64,000 nucleotides of DNA from contig NC_043006.1 in assembly GCF_006345805.1 (NCBI RefSeq), positions 49,476,001-49,540,000 of the forward strand. Reading direction: 5' to 3'. The notes under the pieces were generated by a model. The model was not told where the DNA came from and did no database searches. It was given only the letters and a program-made list of their open reading frames with translations. Positions 1-13,302 of the stretch are shown here, in pieces. The position numbers and the translations under genes were made by a program. Position 1 is the first letter of the stretch. Every line of letters starts with the position of its first letter. This DNA comes from Octopus sinensis. Its lineage: Eukaryota.

Positions 1-200
1 GGGTCAAAGTTAAACAGTCAGATATTATTGACAAGAGCTATAATGGAAGGAAGTGCCTTCGAATGAGTGTTCGAGTCCCAATAGTCGATAACGTAGCTCT
101 AAAAGGAATGGGGTAAAATACTCCGAAGAAAAAGATTTGGAAATAGAAATATCTTGAATATGGGGACTGACAATAGAAAAAATCCCTGTAAAATACATTA
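1..200 (+). mobile_element. RLE endonuclease relic (R4/Dong-like)
   Basis: Loose read QSDIIDK...CL...RVPIVDNVALK...KDLEIEIS.IWGL..EKIPV. Confidence 0.4.
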
Positions 201-619
201 TTTCATTTTATATATTAGTTGCACAAAGCGAGAATGTCTATTATATCAATCCCAGTGCTCGCCCAGTACTTATTTTATCGATCCCGAAAGGATGAAAGGC
301 TAAGACGACTCGGAAGATTAAAACGGACGAAATACCGCCAAGCATTTCGTCCAGAATGCTAATGATTCTGCAAGCTTGCTGCATTATATTTTATATTATA
401 TATTGAACTATATTTTAAATACTAATTTAATGGACCTAAAATATTCCCCCTCAACTTAGGAAAGAAAAAAGGAATGCCGACAAACAAATAATAGTTCAAG
501 ATTTATTATTGATAAGACTATAGGTGCAGGCAAGGCTATGTCTGCAACTACGTGGCTTCAAGTTCAGCCCTACCGACCGGGTCAGTTAATGCCTTGTAGA
601 TAAAAACTGTGTGGAAGCC

Positions 620-711
<92 letters not shown>

Positions 712-1899
712 GTGTGTGTATGTGTGTGTGTGTGTTTGTATGTGTGTGTGTGTGTGGTGTGTGTGTGTGTGTGTATGTGTTTCTGCTTGTTTCTGTACTC
801 CTCACTATTACCTGACAACCTGTGTTGATTTATGTTCCCGTAATTTAGCGGTCCATTAAAAGAGACTGATGAAGTAAGTACCGGGGGAGATTTGTTCGAC
901 TAGACCCTTCAAGGTGATGCCCCAGCATGGCCACAGTACAATGATCGAAACAGGTAAAAGATAAAAGATAAAAAGAAATATGAAAATAAGCGCTACAAAG
1001 CATCACGTAGATCGTAGACAGCGCCAAATCAAAACGAAACACTTGCACTTACACAAGAACACAGAACTACACTCAATAGAGCAGCGAAATAAAATAACGC
1101 AATAAAAATAAGACAACTAAAACAAAATATTAGAAAACGCAAAAAAAATCAAACAAAAAGTGTTTGTACTCAAACTTCGTAGCATTGTGCTGGGCTGTAA
1201 AAGCAGGTAATAAAAATAAAACTACTGAAGTGATAATAATGCTGATGACGACTTGTGACAGTGAAGCATACCTACTAATGGTTTGGTTGTGAAATAATAT
1301 TTCTTGCTATATATTTTACTGTTGTTCACTATGGTGTTCTCAAGAAGATAAAACGATAACATATCAACAATAACTGATCAGCAAGTAAGTTATTTATTAT
1401 TCAAAGATTTATGGCGAATACCAGAATATTCGTAAATCCTATAAAATAGTTTCTCCTACTCCAGACTGCAATCTGGTACTTCCCGCGTAATTTTAAGTGT
1501 ACAAACTAATAAAATATTGTAACGAGGAACGCGAAATTTGAAATAAGATCGAAGCGATCAATCAACCATAACGCATAACCTAAGAAAGTCATAGATGCAC
1601 AGCAGAAGATAACTTCCCCCTTTCATCTTCCTTGGTTCTTCAGTAGACTTAATGTCTCCAACGTTTTCCTCCCTGTTTACATCACTCACCCCCTCCGGGG
1701 TCGTCCTATTTCTCTTCTATAAGGGACTTGTCCGAACATGACTTTACTTTTTAAAGATGATGGTGTCGCTGTTTCGTGTCCCATTACCAAATTCCTTTAT
1801 TTTCTACACTTATGACAACCGACAAAGGTGTTTCATGGTTCGCAGTCATTCGAACAATTTCTTTCCTAATATTCTTGTTAGTTCGATTATTCTATATAA

Positions 1900-3300
1900 G
1901 GAATATGAAGCCTTTTTAAAAAATAACTTTTCGTTCCATATGCCATAATTTTTTCTGAATTTTAGCTTCTAACGTCTCTGATTCTAAGTCAATGTGCAAC
2001 CAAAATTACCACGGCTGTTAAAAATCGATTTGTTGTCATAACAATTTTACTTTTGTGGACAGGATTTGATTTTGCAAAAGCACCATAGCTATTGCAATAC
2101 TTCTTTCCTGATACGATTTCTTCTGTTATTGTTATCAAATATTTTAATCCATTAACTTGTTGGAGCACCTTCCCTTTTCTATTTGTTATTAGTTTTTCCC
2201 CCAGTACTTATACCACATCTGTTTGCAGTTGTATCAAGATATGTTGTTGGATCTTTGTGTTCTTCATTTTGTTCCCTTAAACCCAAACCATCGACAAAAC
2301 GGAGATTATATATTTCTCTACCTTATATTCTATTGAAATGATTCAAGGGATTCCATCATTATAAATCTAAAAGCAATTTGAAAGGTTTTGGTGTAAGTTC
2401 ACGCTGTTGTCTGATACCAACTTTATTATTTGTCAGTTACTTTATGGATTGGCAGGGAAAAAACCAAGTATTTTACGTTTTCGTATAATGGTTTTATAAC
2501 ATTTGCTATTAGTAGTAGGCTGATGTAATATTTTCTCATAATAAACCCTACCGTCCTTTGCCACACATAATTAAACCTTTTTTTTAGTCAATAAAGATGT
2601 GACAAAAGTCTGACTCATTTCAAACATTTTTGCTGGAATATTAACAGTTATTCTCTCTTCTTGTAAACCAACCTGTTTTTTACTACCCACCATTTTTATA
2701 ATTGGTTTCAGTAGAATAAAACATTCAGCAAAGCCTTGCTTTGGTGGTTAATAAAACTAATTGAACGGCTGTTTTCGCTACTTTGATAGTTTCCTTTCTT
2801 TGATAGTGGCAAAGCAATTTATTATGTCGATTTACTCCAGCACATAAAACACAATTACAAATTTCACGCAGAATCTCAGTGAAATATTTACGTCCTGGGT
2901 TTAAAAATTCGGCATTTGTGTAAACTGTTCCGGATGATTTATTGCAATTTACTTTCCTAATTACTTGTATAACATGTTTGAAGTGATTGTTGATCCGTGC
3001 TGTTTATTAAAGGGAATTTCCTTTCTTAATTATTCTAACACGTTATAAACTTCTGCTTTGAGACAATAAAGTTCCTTTAAAGTGTTCTCTTTATCTATCA
3101 TTTATTTTATTCCTTTTGTTTAGTATGTTATCATATTTATCTTTAACAACTTGACATTTAGATATCATTTCTTTGGTATTCCTATCTTGAGTTTTTTGCC
3201 CTATGACATTTGATATCTTTCTATGTCTTTGGTACCATAATTTATTAATTATTTTCCTATTAGCCAATCTATAATCCATTTCCACTATTTAGTTTTTCAT
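1900..3300 (-). mobile_element. Highly degenerate retroviral-type integrase relic (Gypsy or Ginger-like)
   Basis: Minus-strand fragments EICNCVLCAGVN (Zn-finger-like) and LVSDNS..DGIP (DDE-core-like), with many stops. Confidence 0.35.
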
Positions 3301-3887
3301 ACCGTTCCCGTTTCAGATCTCTTCTTTCATCACAACTGATTAAAATATATTTATCAAAGAAATCTTAACGTTCTTCCTTTTAGTAAACTTTCTGTCGATT
3401 ATTATTTCTTCAAAGGAAGGCTGTGAGCTGGCAGAACCGTTTAATACACCGTCTTTACGCTCTGTGTTCAAATTCTTATGCAGTCGATTTTGCCTTCATC
3501 TTTTCATCCGTTCCCCCTAAATTTTAGGCCTTTTACCCATAGAAGAAACAATTATTTCTTCAAAGGCTCCTGCAAATTTTTTTTAAATATTTGAAAGCAA
3601 TAATACTAAATGCAATAAAACTGAAAATTGCACTAAAAAGCCACTTTTACTTCATACTTGTGCTTTGAACTCTTTTGCAATATTCGGGTCCCAACATTTT
3701 TCAAGATTTATTTTATTCTTGTAATCTGATTGTTTGCAACTGATTTGAGCTCAACTTTTTTTGTTTTTTAAAATTTGTGATCGCTGTACAAATCTGCATT
3801 TGAAATACTTGAATTTTATCTCCATTTGGATATTTTTTTAAAAATGAGAATAAAATCGATCTGCTTATTATATATATATATATATAT

Positions 3888-3921
<34 letters not shown>

Positions 3922-5103
3922 TACATCTCTCTGGGTTATTGTTATTGTTTTTTATGGTTTGTGCTGATCAATTTTGATTGATATAATTAGTTTGCATTGT
4001 CATGCAAATTCTAATCATCTTACTCCTCTCTTAGTTTTTTTCCAAGACACTTTTCTTAATATCAAGAGCATTTAATCTATTTTTTGCCTTCAAGCCACCT
4101 TGAATAAGTGAATCACTTCTTTTTTCTTCACCAATTGGTTCTTCTTGCTCTTGATCTAAAGTCTTCTACTCATCATTGTATGGCTATTTCAATTTCTTCT
4201 TACTTTTAGCATTTAACGTCAACGATTGTTCCCCAAAATACAACCAATTAAAATCTAAATAAAGGCGACCAAGATACCGTAATGCTTAGCTTCTTGTATT
4301 ATTTTAAACATTCTGTTGGAATTGTTATGCTATTTTAACGTATTTTTTATGTGACCTGAATCCGATACAGTTATCATGTTCGCTCTCTCCACTGTGAGAC
4401 CATTATCTGTACTTTCTCCACATTTTGTCCATCATGTTTCAGCAAACTCAAGAATATATCACGAATATCCCTCCATCCTATAAGATAATTGCAGTTTTCC
4501 GGATTGATAAATCGTTCGTTCATTTCAAGTTTCAACTAAATATATACATAAAAAAAACACAAAAAAAACTTTTGGTTGGTTTTAAATTTTACTTCGGTTC
4601 TTTAGCAGCAGGAACGCGTTCGTTTCTTTTCGATATGATATTCATGTTTCACGGAGTTATCATGAAATGTTTAATTGGCAGATAATCTGGTAGAGACGAT
4701 TTCCTCTTCAGCGTAAGTGTCAGTTGGTTTCTCTGTGTGAGGCTCATTCACACTTTCACATATTTTATTTTTAATTTGATTGGTTCCACCACAACGCTCT
4801 TCAATTTTTACTCATATATCAATTATTGAGAGATAATATGATAGACTTAACATAAAATTGGTCGACATATTTATCAGTTACACGTTCGACCAAATGTGTA
4901 TAAATGAAATGCTACATTCATATTACACACACAACCACACACTCACGTGCGCGCGCGCTCATTACAGACCTAGACACAGACACACTTTCTTATTGTTGTT
5001 CATCAAATTTGATGATGGTTATCTTCCATTCTATGTGTGGATCCTTCGATGACTGTAGATCCCAATCTTTGCTGAAAACCATCGGTCAAAGACTTGGTTT
5101 TTG

Positions 5104-5771
5104 GGATCTTTACCTTTTGACCGACAGATTTAAAAAATAATTTTTTGTAACTAAACACTTTAAAACTTCGGACACTGGTAGAATGTGTCATATAAAACAT
5201 CTTCTACTCTTAGCATTTTCGAGAAAAACTTATATTTACGAAGTTATTTCACGTTAAAATTTGTCCTATTTCGGTAATTTCAACCAATCAATGACATGTA
5301 TTCAGCTGAATAAAATCACTGCCGTTGTTTGTCAACAAGAACTTCCGGCGGTGTATATTTCGTTTGTCACTGTTATTTATGACATCGTTCGTGCGTTTGT
5401 ACTGGTTTTAGCTTTAAGGTTTTAGGGTTAGGGTTAGGGTTTTAGGGTTAGGGTTAAGGTTTTAGGGTCAGGGTGAGGGTTTTAGGGTTAGGGTTGTCAT
5501 AAATAACAGTGACAAACAAAATATACACCGCCGGAAGTTCTTGACAAACAACGGCAGTAATTTTATTCAGCTGAATACACGTCATTGATTGGTTGAAATT
5601 ACCGAAATACTACAACTTTAACGTGAAATAACTTCCTAAATATAAGTTTTTCTCAAAAATGCTAAGAGTAAAAGATGTTTTATGTGACACATTCTACCAG
5701 TGTTCGAAGTTTGAAAGTGCTTAGTTACAAAAAATTATTTTAAAAATCTGTCGGTCAAAAGGTAAAGATCC
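5104..5771. mobile_element. Long-TIR non-autonomous DNA transposon (MITE) with a (TTAGGG)n-like core and 8-bp TSD; possibly Merlin-like
   Basis: TIRs 5104-5384 and 5495-5771 (GGATCTTTACC...GGTAAAGATCC, about 93% identical by hand count). TSD GGTTTTTG at 5096-5103 and 5772-5779. TTAGGG/TTTTAGGG tract ~5414-5495. Superfamily inferred only from GG termini and the 8-bp TSD. Confidence 0.9.
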
Positions 5772-5779
5772 GGTTTTTG

Positions 5780-6400
5780 AATTGTTTTGTTGACGGTTAG
5801 ATATTACTCCTCATATATGTCTCTTGTGGTAGTTATGAATGCGCTTCTGCTCCATATCCTAAGTCCCATGTCTAGCAGCGATGTATACGCGTACGTTAGA
5901 AGTGTTGATATTGCTCTTCTTCAAAATAGTTAACTTCTCTGAACGTCAAAGAGACAGGAATTGATCATGATATAGCTGGCTGTAAAGGCTTCTTCGGAAG
6001 AGTCATGAGTCAGTTATTTGCACAATATGTCCAGTCTATATCATTTGACGCATGTATAGTATAGAATCAATATTGCTGGTGTTAGTTTGGTGGGATACTT
6101 CTGTGTACATAAACTTAGCTTGCTACGTGACTGAAAGTAATTTTTGAGATACTTGTTGTTGAAGGTCTCCAGTATCTTAACCTACCTTCTGTATATCATC
6201 CACATTACGCACCCATACAAGAGATTAAAAACTTGTTCCACTCTATAGTCAAAGAAATACTTTGCTATAGAGGATGACTTTTCCAGCGACTTGCTTGAAG
6301 TGATCTTAAAATTTTATCCTCCATTGTGCGGTCATGGAAATATTGCTTGTTAGGTAACTGAAATAAATAACTGTGGCGAACTACTCGTGTAGTATTAAGA
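5780..6400 (-). mobile_element. Old RTE-like LINE C-terminal fragment
   Basis: Minus strand reads LLYGCVMWMIYRR*VKILETFNNKYL, resembling the RTE LLYGCETW..YRR..K.LE.F motif. Confidence 0.5.
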
Positions 6401-6698
6401 AAGTGTAGTACTAAGAAAAGGTTTCAGTTTTCTAGGCGTTAACTCTCAAAACCTTTTCATTCATGTGCTGCGTCGGTTACTGAGGTAATGATCCGAAATT
6501 TGAAAAGCTGTAACAGCTAACAGCATGCTGAAGCTCAGAGATTTGTTCAGATCTGAGCTTGGAGATAGTTTGACGTTTAAAAAGGTTTGTGCGAAGTCGA
6601 GAAGTAACAATGACTACCAAATCTATTTCAATCCTGGATAACAACGTGGTCACTCAGATAAAGACTCAAATACCTGGGACATACATCTGCATACATTG

Positions 6699-6738
<40 letters not shown>

Positions 6739-6811
6739 GCAAACACACACGCACAGACATACGTGCACACACACATAATGCACACTCTCACATACGTATA
6801 AAATTGCTTAC

Positions 6812-6962
6812 CGTGTTTCTGGAGAGGTTCGAATTTCCACCTTTATTTCGGAACTGATTATAGAAAATAAGAATGTCCCAAAGAAAATGAGAGAACGCCG
6901 TCAAGATTAGAGAGAGGAAGAGACAGATGTGAATACGGATCCGCTGCTGTATTCGAAGTGGT
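6812..6962 (-). CDS. Class B1 GPCR exon: ICL1-TM2-ECL1
   Basis: Acceptor TTTCTATTTTCAG and donor ACG|GTAAGC bound 151 nt reading (R)PLRIQQRIRIHICLFLSLILTAFSHFLWDILIFYNQFRNKGGNSNLSRNT. RxxIHxxLFxS is the class B TM2 motif. Phase 2 in and phase 0 out. Same strand and correct order relative to the 47.9-kb exon; that both belong to one gene is an inference. Confidence 0.88.
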
Positions 6963-7057
6963 CTGAAAATAGAAATTAATTCATTAATAATATACAAAGA
7001 ACGATGCGTACTCAACAAATACACACACACGCATACATATACCCTTCCTCGCTCACA

Positions 7058-7111
<54 letters not shown>

Positions 7112-7258
7112 ACGTCTGATCTCTGACTTCTGGCTGAAATCAGAACGCCATGTTGAATCGTTAGCTCCTGCACGCATTTTTTCTCTCTCCTTGTTTCTCT
7201 CCTTGTTTCTTTTCTGTGTTTTTTGTTTATTTTCGTAAACCTTCCCGTTATATATATA

Positions 7259-7554
7259 TATCACGTGATCACGTGATCGACCAGTCCATCAGATGTAGTT
7301 ACACATCGCTGGTCACAATGCGTTCGCATTGTTTTAGCATTCGAATGACGCCACCCCGCTGGCTAAGCGAGCAGGCCAACAGAAGAAAGAGTGGTGAAAG
7401 AGTACAGCAGGGATCACCACCCCCTGCCGGAGCCTTGTGGAGCTTTTAGGTGTTTTCGCTCAATAAACACTCACAACGCCCGGTCTGGGAATCGAAACCG
7501 CGATCCTACGACCGCGAGTCCGCTGCCCTAACCACTGGGCCATTGCGCCTCCAC
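7259..7554 (-). mobile_element. tRNA-derived SINE family C with an ATCACGTGATCACGTGAT tail
   Basis: Minus head GGCGCAATGGCCCAGTGGTTAGGGCAGCGGAC...GGTTTCGATTCCC. Other copies: ~9968-10215, 12658-12944, 17150-17459 and 26501-26700 (minus); 41709-41904 (plus, truncated). Confidence 0.88.
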
Positions 7555-7557
7555 ACA

Positions 7558-7588
<31 letters not shown>

Positions 7589-7974
7589 AATATATAAATT
7601 TTTATCCCAGATAAAAATTCCCCAAAACAGAAAAATAGCTTTCAGCCAACACATAGATACTTGCGCCAACAACAAAACACCAGGCTTCAGGATTTCTCCC
7701 CTCTACCAATTCAGGGACGATACAACCTCGAGACAACGAATAAGTAAAGAAACTCTCTTTATTACAAAATACAGGCCACTTCTTAACGGGTCTACGAATA
7801 ACACAAATACACACGCAAATATTACATTCCAAAGAATACATTACAAATCAGCCCCAATCACAGCTATAATCCATAAGTGCCAACTTCAAGTCATACAACA
7901 CCTCACCACTTCCACTCATTCATATTCTCCCTTTTCTTTCTTCTTCTTCATCATCATCATTATCATCATCGTCG

Positions 7975-8040
<66 letters not shown>

Positions 8041-8123
8041 TTCTTCTTCTTCTCTTCTTCTTCTTCTTCTTCTCTTCTTCTTCTTCTTCTTCTTCTTCTC
8101 TTCTCCTTCTCCTTCTTCTTCTT

Positions 8124-8223
8124 NNNNNNNNNNNNNNNNNNNNNNNNNNNNNNNNNNNNNNNNNNNNNNNNNNNNNNNNNNNNNNNNNNNNNNNNNNNNN
8201 NNNNNNNNNNNNNNNNNNNNNNN
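8124..8223. other. 100-N assembly gap
   Basis: Run of exactly 100 N. Confidence 0.99.
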
Positions 8224-8456
8224 CCAAATTATTAATTTCACCTTCATTATTACGGATAACCATATTTTATCTCAGTAATGACCACAGCATCTTGTTTTGG
8301 CTACACTCGGGTGGGAAGGGGCTGTTGACACAATCGTTTCATTCACAAATTGAATTCGGTGATACCAGTTGCGGGTTCTAGCTCGCTCTGATACTGAGTG
8401 GAGTTGTGCCTCTGGTATCTCAAAATTCAATATACAATCATTTATGATTATAGTAT

Positions 8457-8566
8457 TCTACGCTGAAGAGAAAAGAAGTTTCGGTAAGATAGTTATTTAT
8501 TATTTAATTTAATATTTAATTCGTATGCTTTCCTTAAAACTTGACTTCGAAACGTACGTCCGTGGA
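8457..8566 (+). ncRNA. Type I hammerhead ribozyme (Penelope/retrozyme type), apparently intact
   Basis: Helix I TCTACG(8457-62)/CGTGGA(8561-66); core CTGAAGA 8463-69; interrupted long helix II; GAAA 8549-52; palindromic helix III ACGTACGT; GUC cleavage triplet 8558-60. Confidence 0.8.
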
Positions 8567-9039
8567 TAACTAAAAAAATGTATGATAGATTGCCAGTCAA
8601 TTCATTCTCTCTTACCTGTTTTTGTGCCTTCCAATGCTGTTTTTAACTGAGATCTCCCCTTTTAGTAGAAGAATAGCTATAACCCTTTGACTGCTATTTC
8701 TAAATTCGGTATGTGGTAAGGCAACTCGGTGCTAAAACCTTATTGCTTAGTAATATATTATATATATATATACATAGAGAGAAAGGGAGAGAGAAAGAAA
8801 GAGGGAGAGAGAGAGAGGGGGGTTAAGAATGCGGGACATTTTGGGCAAGTGATTTCTACTATAGTCCCGGGCAGACAAATTCTTTGTAAGTGAATTTGAG
8901 AGAATGGTAAAATGAGTTCATTGCATACATACATCCACACGCATGCGCGCGCGCTAACCAACACCCCATCCACACATATATCACAGTTACATCGTAGCAG
9001 TGTTAATGAGTAATTTTAAGCATTTTAAAGCACTTGAAG

Positions 9040-9864
9040 ATCTCTTTGCATATATTAATGATATTGATTCAAACATTAAATAATTGATGTATTGGTGAAC
9101 AGTCAACCACGTTGCAGAACATGAAAATTAAAGTTGTAGTTGAGAAAAAAAGTTGGCTGATATGGAGGAATGGAACCGATCTGACTATTGCTCCATATTC
9201 CATGAACACTGAAAAGGCTGTAAAATGTGACATGGACAGCTGCAACGGAGACTACGAAGCTATGGCCGGCAGGAAGGGACATAGCAGACGTTTGGAATGC
9301 ACCCGTACGCCGGAATTCATCCAACAACAGATGAACAAAGCATTAAGCTTAATTCTGATGGATATGTGAAGTTACTGGAGACTGTGGTAAAACTCTGGTT
9401 AGAGAGAGCTGCTGCTCGATGGCCATATGTGTGGCAGCAGGATTCAGCTTCTTGTTACATCTCCAAAAATGATAGAAGTGATTGTCAGACAATTTCTACA
9501 ACCTCACTAATCACAATTTCTGGCCTTCTAATTTCCCCGATTTTAATCTCATGGATTACTGTGTGTAGGACGTGCTTGAGAAAGACACCAACCGCTCTGT
9601 TTGCAACAGCAATGCCGTACTAGCAGATACGACCAAGGCGTTCGAAGAACTTCCCAAGGACACAGTGAGGAACGCGTTCACCATGTTCCGGAGCAGTCTT
9701 GAGGCCGCAGTAAAAGCTGAGGGCGGCTACTTTTTGAGTAAAACGTTTTCTTCCAGCCATAATTTTGTTGATATGCTTTAATTTTTTAATAATACTTCCA
9801 TTTGTGGATGGGATATTATGCTTTTTTCCTTTAATGCAAACTGTCAGATTAAACCTAAACATCC

Positions 9865-9868
<4 letters not shown>
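9040..9868 (+). mobile_element. Internally deleted Tc1/mariner (maT-like) transposon
   Basis: YVWQQDSASC...FWPSNFPDFNLMDY...EAAVKAEGGYF. A further C-terminal scrap lies at ~43820-43980. Confidence 0.8.
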
Positions 9869-9921
<53 letters not shown>

Positions 9922-10466
9922 GTGTGTGTGTGTGTGTGCGTGTGCGTGTGTGTGTGTATGTATGTATATCACGTAATCACGTGACGAACCAGACGATCAG
10001 ATGTTGCTACACACTGGTGGCTACAATGCGCTTTGCATCATTTTAGTATTCAAATGACGTCACACTGCTGGCTAGGCGAGCAGGTCAACATTCCTCACTG
10101 ATCAAAAGGAACTTGAAATGAAATTTTTGGGTCAAGAACACAACGCGCCGCCCAGTTTGTAAATGGAGCCTACGATCTCGCGATCGTGAATGCAATAGCC
10201 TGACCCCTAGGCCTGCCCTCGTCCCCACTAATTATACTCGATATACAAATGACTTTAAATGTGTTAAGATTGTCGCAATCTAGCTAACAAACATAGAAAC
10301 TGTCATATTTGCTTCAGATTTATTTCCTAATAGTGCTATCTATTATGAAATATTTGAATCAATGCCATCCATATATGTAAAGAGAAGATAATGATGTCTA
10401 CGAGTTTTAAAATGTTTAAAATGACTCCTTAACTCTGATACAATGTAACAGTGATATAAATATCTA

Positions 10467-12142
10467 CTAGCAGACATACCCGGCGTTGCTAGAGATTAAA
10501 ACGGTATAGTTTGTATTGACTCTACAACACTGTGTATAAATTCTGTACTTGGAATGACCAAGTTTAAATACTGCTGGATCTCACTTATAACGTATTGGAA
10601 TCTTACATTGTGTATAAACTCTATATTTAGAATGGCCCATTTTAAATTCTGTTGGATTTTACTCATAAGATATTGGAATCTTACATATAAACCATTCTGC
10701 CTAAAAAATGGATCTAAACCTTCAACATCCCTACATATCTCACATCTATTTTCTTTCCTCCACCTCACTCTCTATTTTGTATCCTATCTAAATTAGCTAT
10801 TACTTAACTATCCTCTCACACCGTCTCCGATGAAGGGATATAAGCAATAAATATCCTGGAAACAGCTGTAGATCTAATATCTATAAATGTTAATATCTAC
10901 ACAGCTTGGTTTTTTTATCTCATTACGCACAAAATTCTTATATATATATTATATATATAATATATCTAATATAATATATATATATATATATTATATAATA
11001 GTTATGTTGAAACATGTGATAAAGAAAGTGCAGCGTTGACGATAAAACACTTGTGGAGTAATTTTAAAGTTTTGCATGAACGACGATTTGAGTTTAGCAC
11101 ACCAATTTGGACAGAATTATCATTTTTATAAGAATGGGATAGATCATACCTGAAAGCAGCTCCAGGTGTTGTGAAGAACGAATTTGTACGTGCTCTGTTT
11201 CTGAGAACTATTTTATTGGACCTCTGTGTAATCTTGGGTGCTAAACGTTGTTTTAATGATTCAGCATCAAGTGCTGCAACATGCCTTTGCTGATCTTGGG
11301 AAAGTCTCATCTCCCTTCTCTCTTAAGACTGTATTTGACGTACTGTAGCATGCGCTTGATGATCTTTGGAAAGTGTCATGTCCCTACTGTACTGAGACGG
11401 CATCCGACGTGCTGCAGCATCCCACTGCTTATGTTGAGAAAGTCTCATGTCCCTTATGTCTTGAGACTCTTGCGGGCGCACAAACACACACACACACTCA
11501 CAGACACATACACATTCATATACAAAATGTGACGATACGCACACATACATTCTCACATACAGTCACATACATATAATAAGAGAGATATATACAGACATAC
11601 ATTCACGCATGTCAGTCGTCACATGTATATATGTATATGTAGAGCTGTGTATTTGTTTAATAACGTACCTAACGAAGAAAGACACACACACAGTCAGAGA
11701 GACATACACACTCATACTCCCACACACATACTCTCAGAGACACATACACACTCATATATGTGTCGTCGTCGTCGTCGTGGTATACAATGTCCTTTGCTAT
11801 CTCGTACGTATCGAACGCGCAAACACACACACATAAATGAAACAATATTATATCTCACCAGGAAATCAATCTGTAGACAGAAATTACAAACCCCATTTCA
11901 GTGTATAAAATAGGCTGAGTGAAAAAAACTTGAGCCACTTTAGAATATCTTTTTCTAACGCATGAACACTCAATGGCGTGGTTAAATTCTCATTGGTAAG
12001 TAATGAGGGCTTATTGGCTGTATCACAACGGTTTTCGATAGAGGGAGAAATGTACTTAAATAGACGGAGTGCAAAAACATTTAAAATAAGTAATGTTGTT
12101 GGGAGAACATACAAATAATGTGAAGACAAAGATGTTTACGCA

Positions 12143-12215
<73 letters not shown>

Positions 12216-12532
12216 CGAGTGAGTGAAAGAAACAGACATAGACTTAAAGAGAGAAAGTATTGCAGAGTGTGTGAGGAAGAGAAGAGATAAATAGAAAGAG
12301 AAAAAGAGAGAAACGTTTGAAAATTGCAGTTCTTACAGAAAAAAGTCATGTAAAAAATCTGGACGGTGTCTCGCACTACGCGGGAGGTCTGGGTAAACTG
12401 TTATAGTCCATGACCATCCTTGCCACATAAGTAATGTGCGTGTAAAGTTTGGTGAAAATCGGTTGAAAACTGTAGAAATGCATACGTACTACCACACACA
12501 CACACACACACACACAGAGATAATCCTTTGTT

Positions 12533-12545
<13 letters not shown>
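10467..12545 (-). mobile_element. Internally deleted Helitron with a RepHel N-terminal relic
   Basis: The 3' end on the minus strand is GCAACGCCGGG..CTAG followed by T (10467). Region ~11070-11470 reads RLSQDQQRHVAA...AAFRYDLSHSYKNDNSVQIGVLNSNRRSCKTLKL, resembling Helitron N-terminal repeats and the YD..IG.M...C..C motif. The far end has AAGTTTGGTGAAAATCGG-(CA)n-(TA)n; the exact 5' TC is buried in (TA)n. Confidence 0.7.
10823..10874 (+). ncRNA. Degenerate minimal hammerhead in a Penelope-like fragment inside the Helitron
   Basis: CCGATGA (variant core) 10827-33, helix II GGGATAT/ATATCCT, GAAA 10859-62, palindromic ACAGCTGT, GUA site. Helix I is weak. Confidence 0.55.
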
Positions 12546-12571
<26 letters not shown>

Positions 12572-12657
12572 GTGTGTGTGTGTATATATATACGTGTGTG
12601 TGCGAGTGTGTGTATGTATGCGTATATATATATGTACCTATGTGTGTATATTTATAT

Positions 12658-12944
12658 ATCACGTGATCACGTGACCAACCAGACCATCAGATGTTGTTAC
12701 ACATCGCTGGTCACAATGCGTTCGCATTGTTTTAGCCTTCGAATGACGCCACCCCGCTGGCTAAGCGAGCAGGCCAACAGAAGAAAGAGTGGGTGAAAGA
12801 GTGGTGAAAGAGTACAGCAGGGATCACCACCCCCTGCCGGAGCCTCGTGGAGCTTTTTTGGGTGTTTTCGCTCAATAAACACTCACAACGCCGGGTCTGG
12901 GAATCGAAACCGCGATCCTGCGACTGCGAGTCCGCTGCGCCTCC
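12658..12944 (-). mobile_element. SINE family C
   Basis: High similarity to 7259-7554. Confidence 0.88.
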
Positions 12945-13125
12945 ATATTTATATATAGACACACATATATATATATATACCGACACATGATATGTGTCCG
13001 TATCCATCTGGAAAAGGTGTGACACCTGGGGCAACTATATATATATATATGTGTGTGTGGTGTGTGTGTGCTTGTGTGTGTGTGTGTGTGTGTGTTTGTG
13101 CGTGTGTGTGTATCTGTGTATATAC

Positions 13126-13258
13126 ATTATTAATAATAATTGACAGCTGTTGCAGAGTGACTCAAAGTCAAAGAGTTTCGTGCATTGGTACTTATGAAAT
13201 GCACGAAACCCTTGGCTCTTGAGACACTCTGCCACTTCTGTCGATTATTAATAGTAAT
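13126..13258. repeat. Imperfect hairpin, about 60-bp arms with an 11-nt loop
   Basis: ...GCAGAGTGACTCAAAGTCAAAGAGTTTCGTGCATT / AATGCACGAAACCCTTGGCTCTTGAGACACTCTGC... Confidence 0.7.
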
Positions 13259-13262
13259 CCTA

Positions 13263-13302
<40 letters not shown>

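Noticed and set aside
5414-5495. True telomere or chromosome-fusion scar
   Set aside because: The tract is short, degenerate, single-orientation and enclosed by TIRs and a TSD, so it is part of a MITE.
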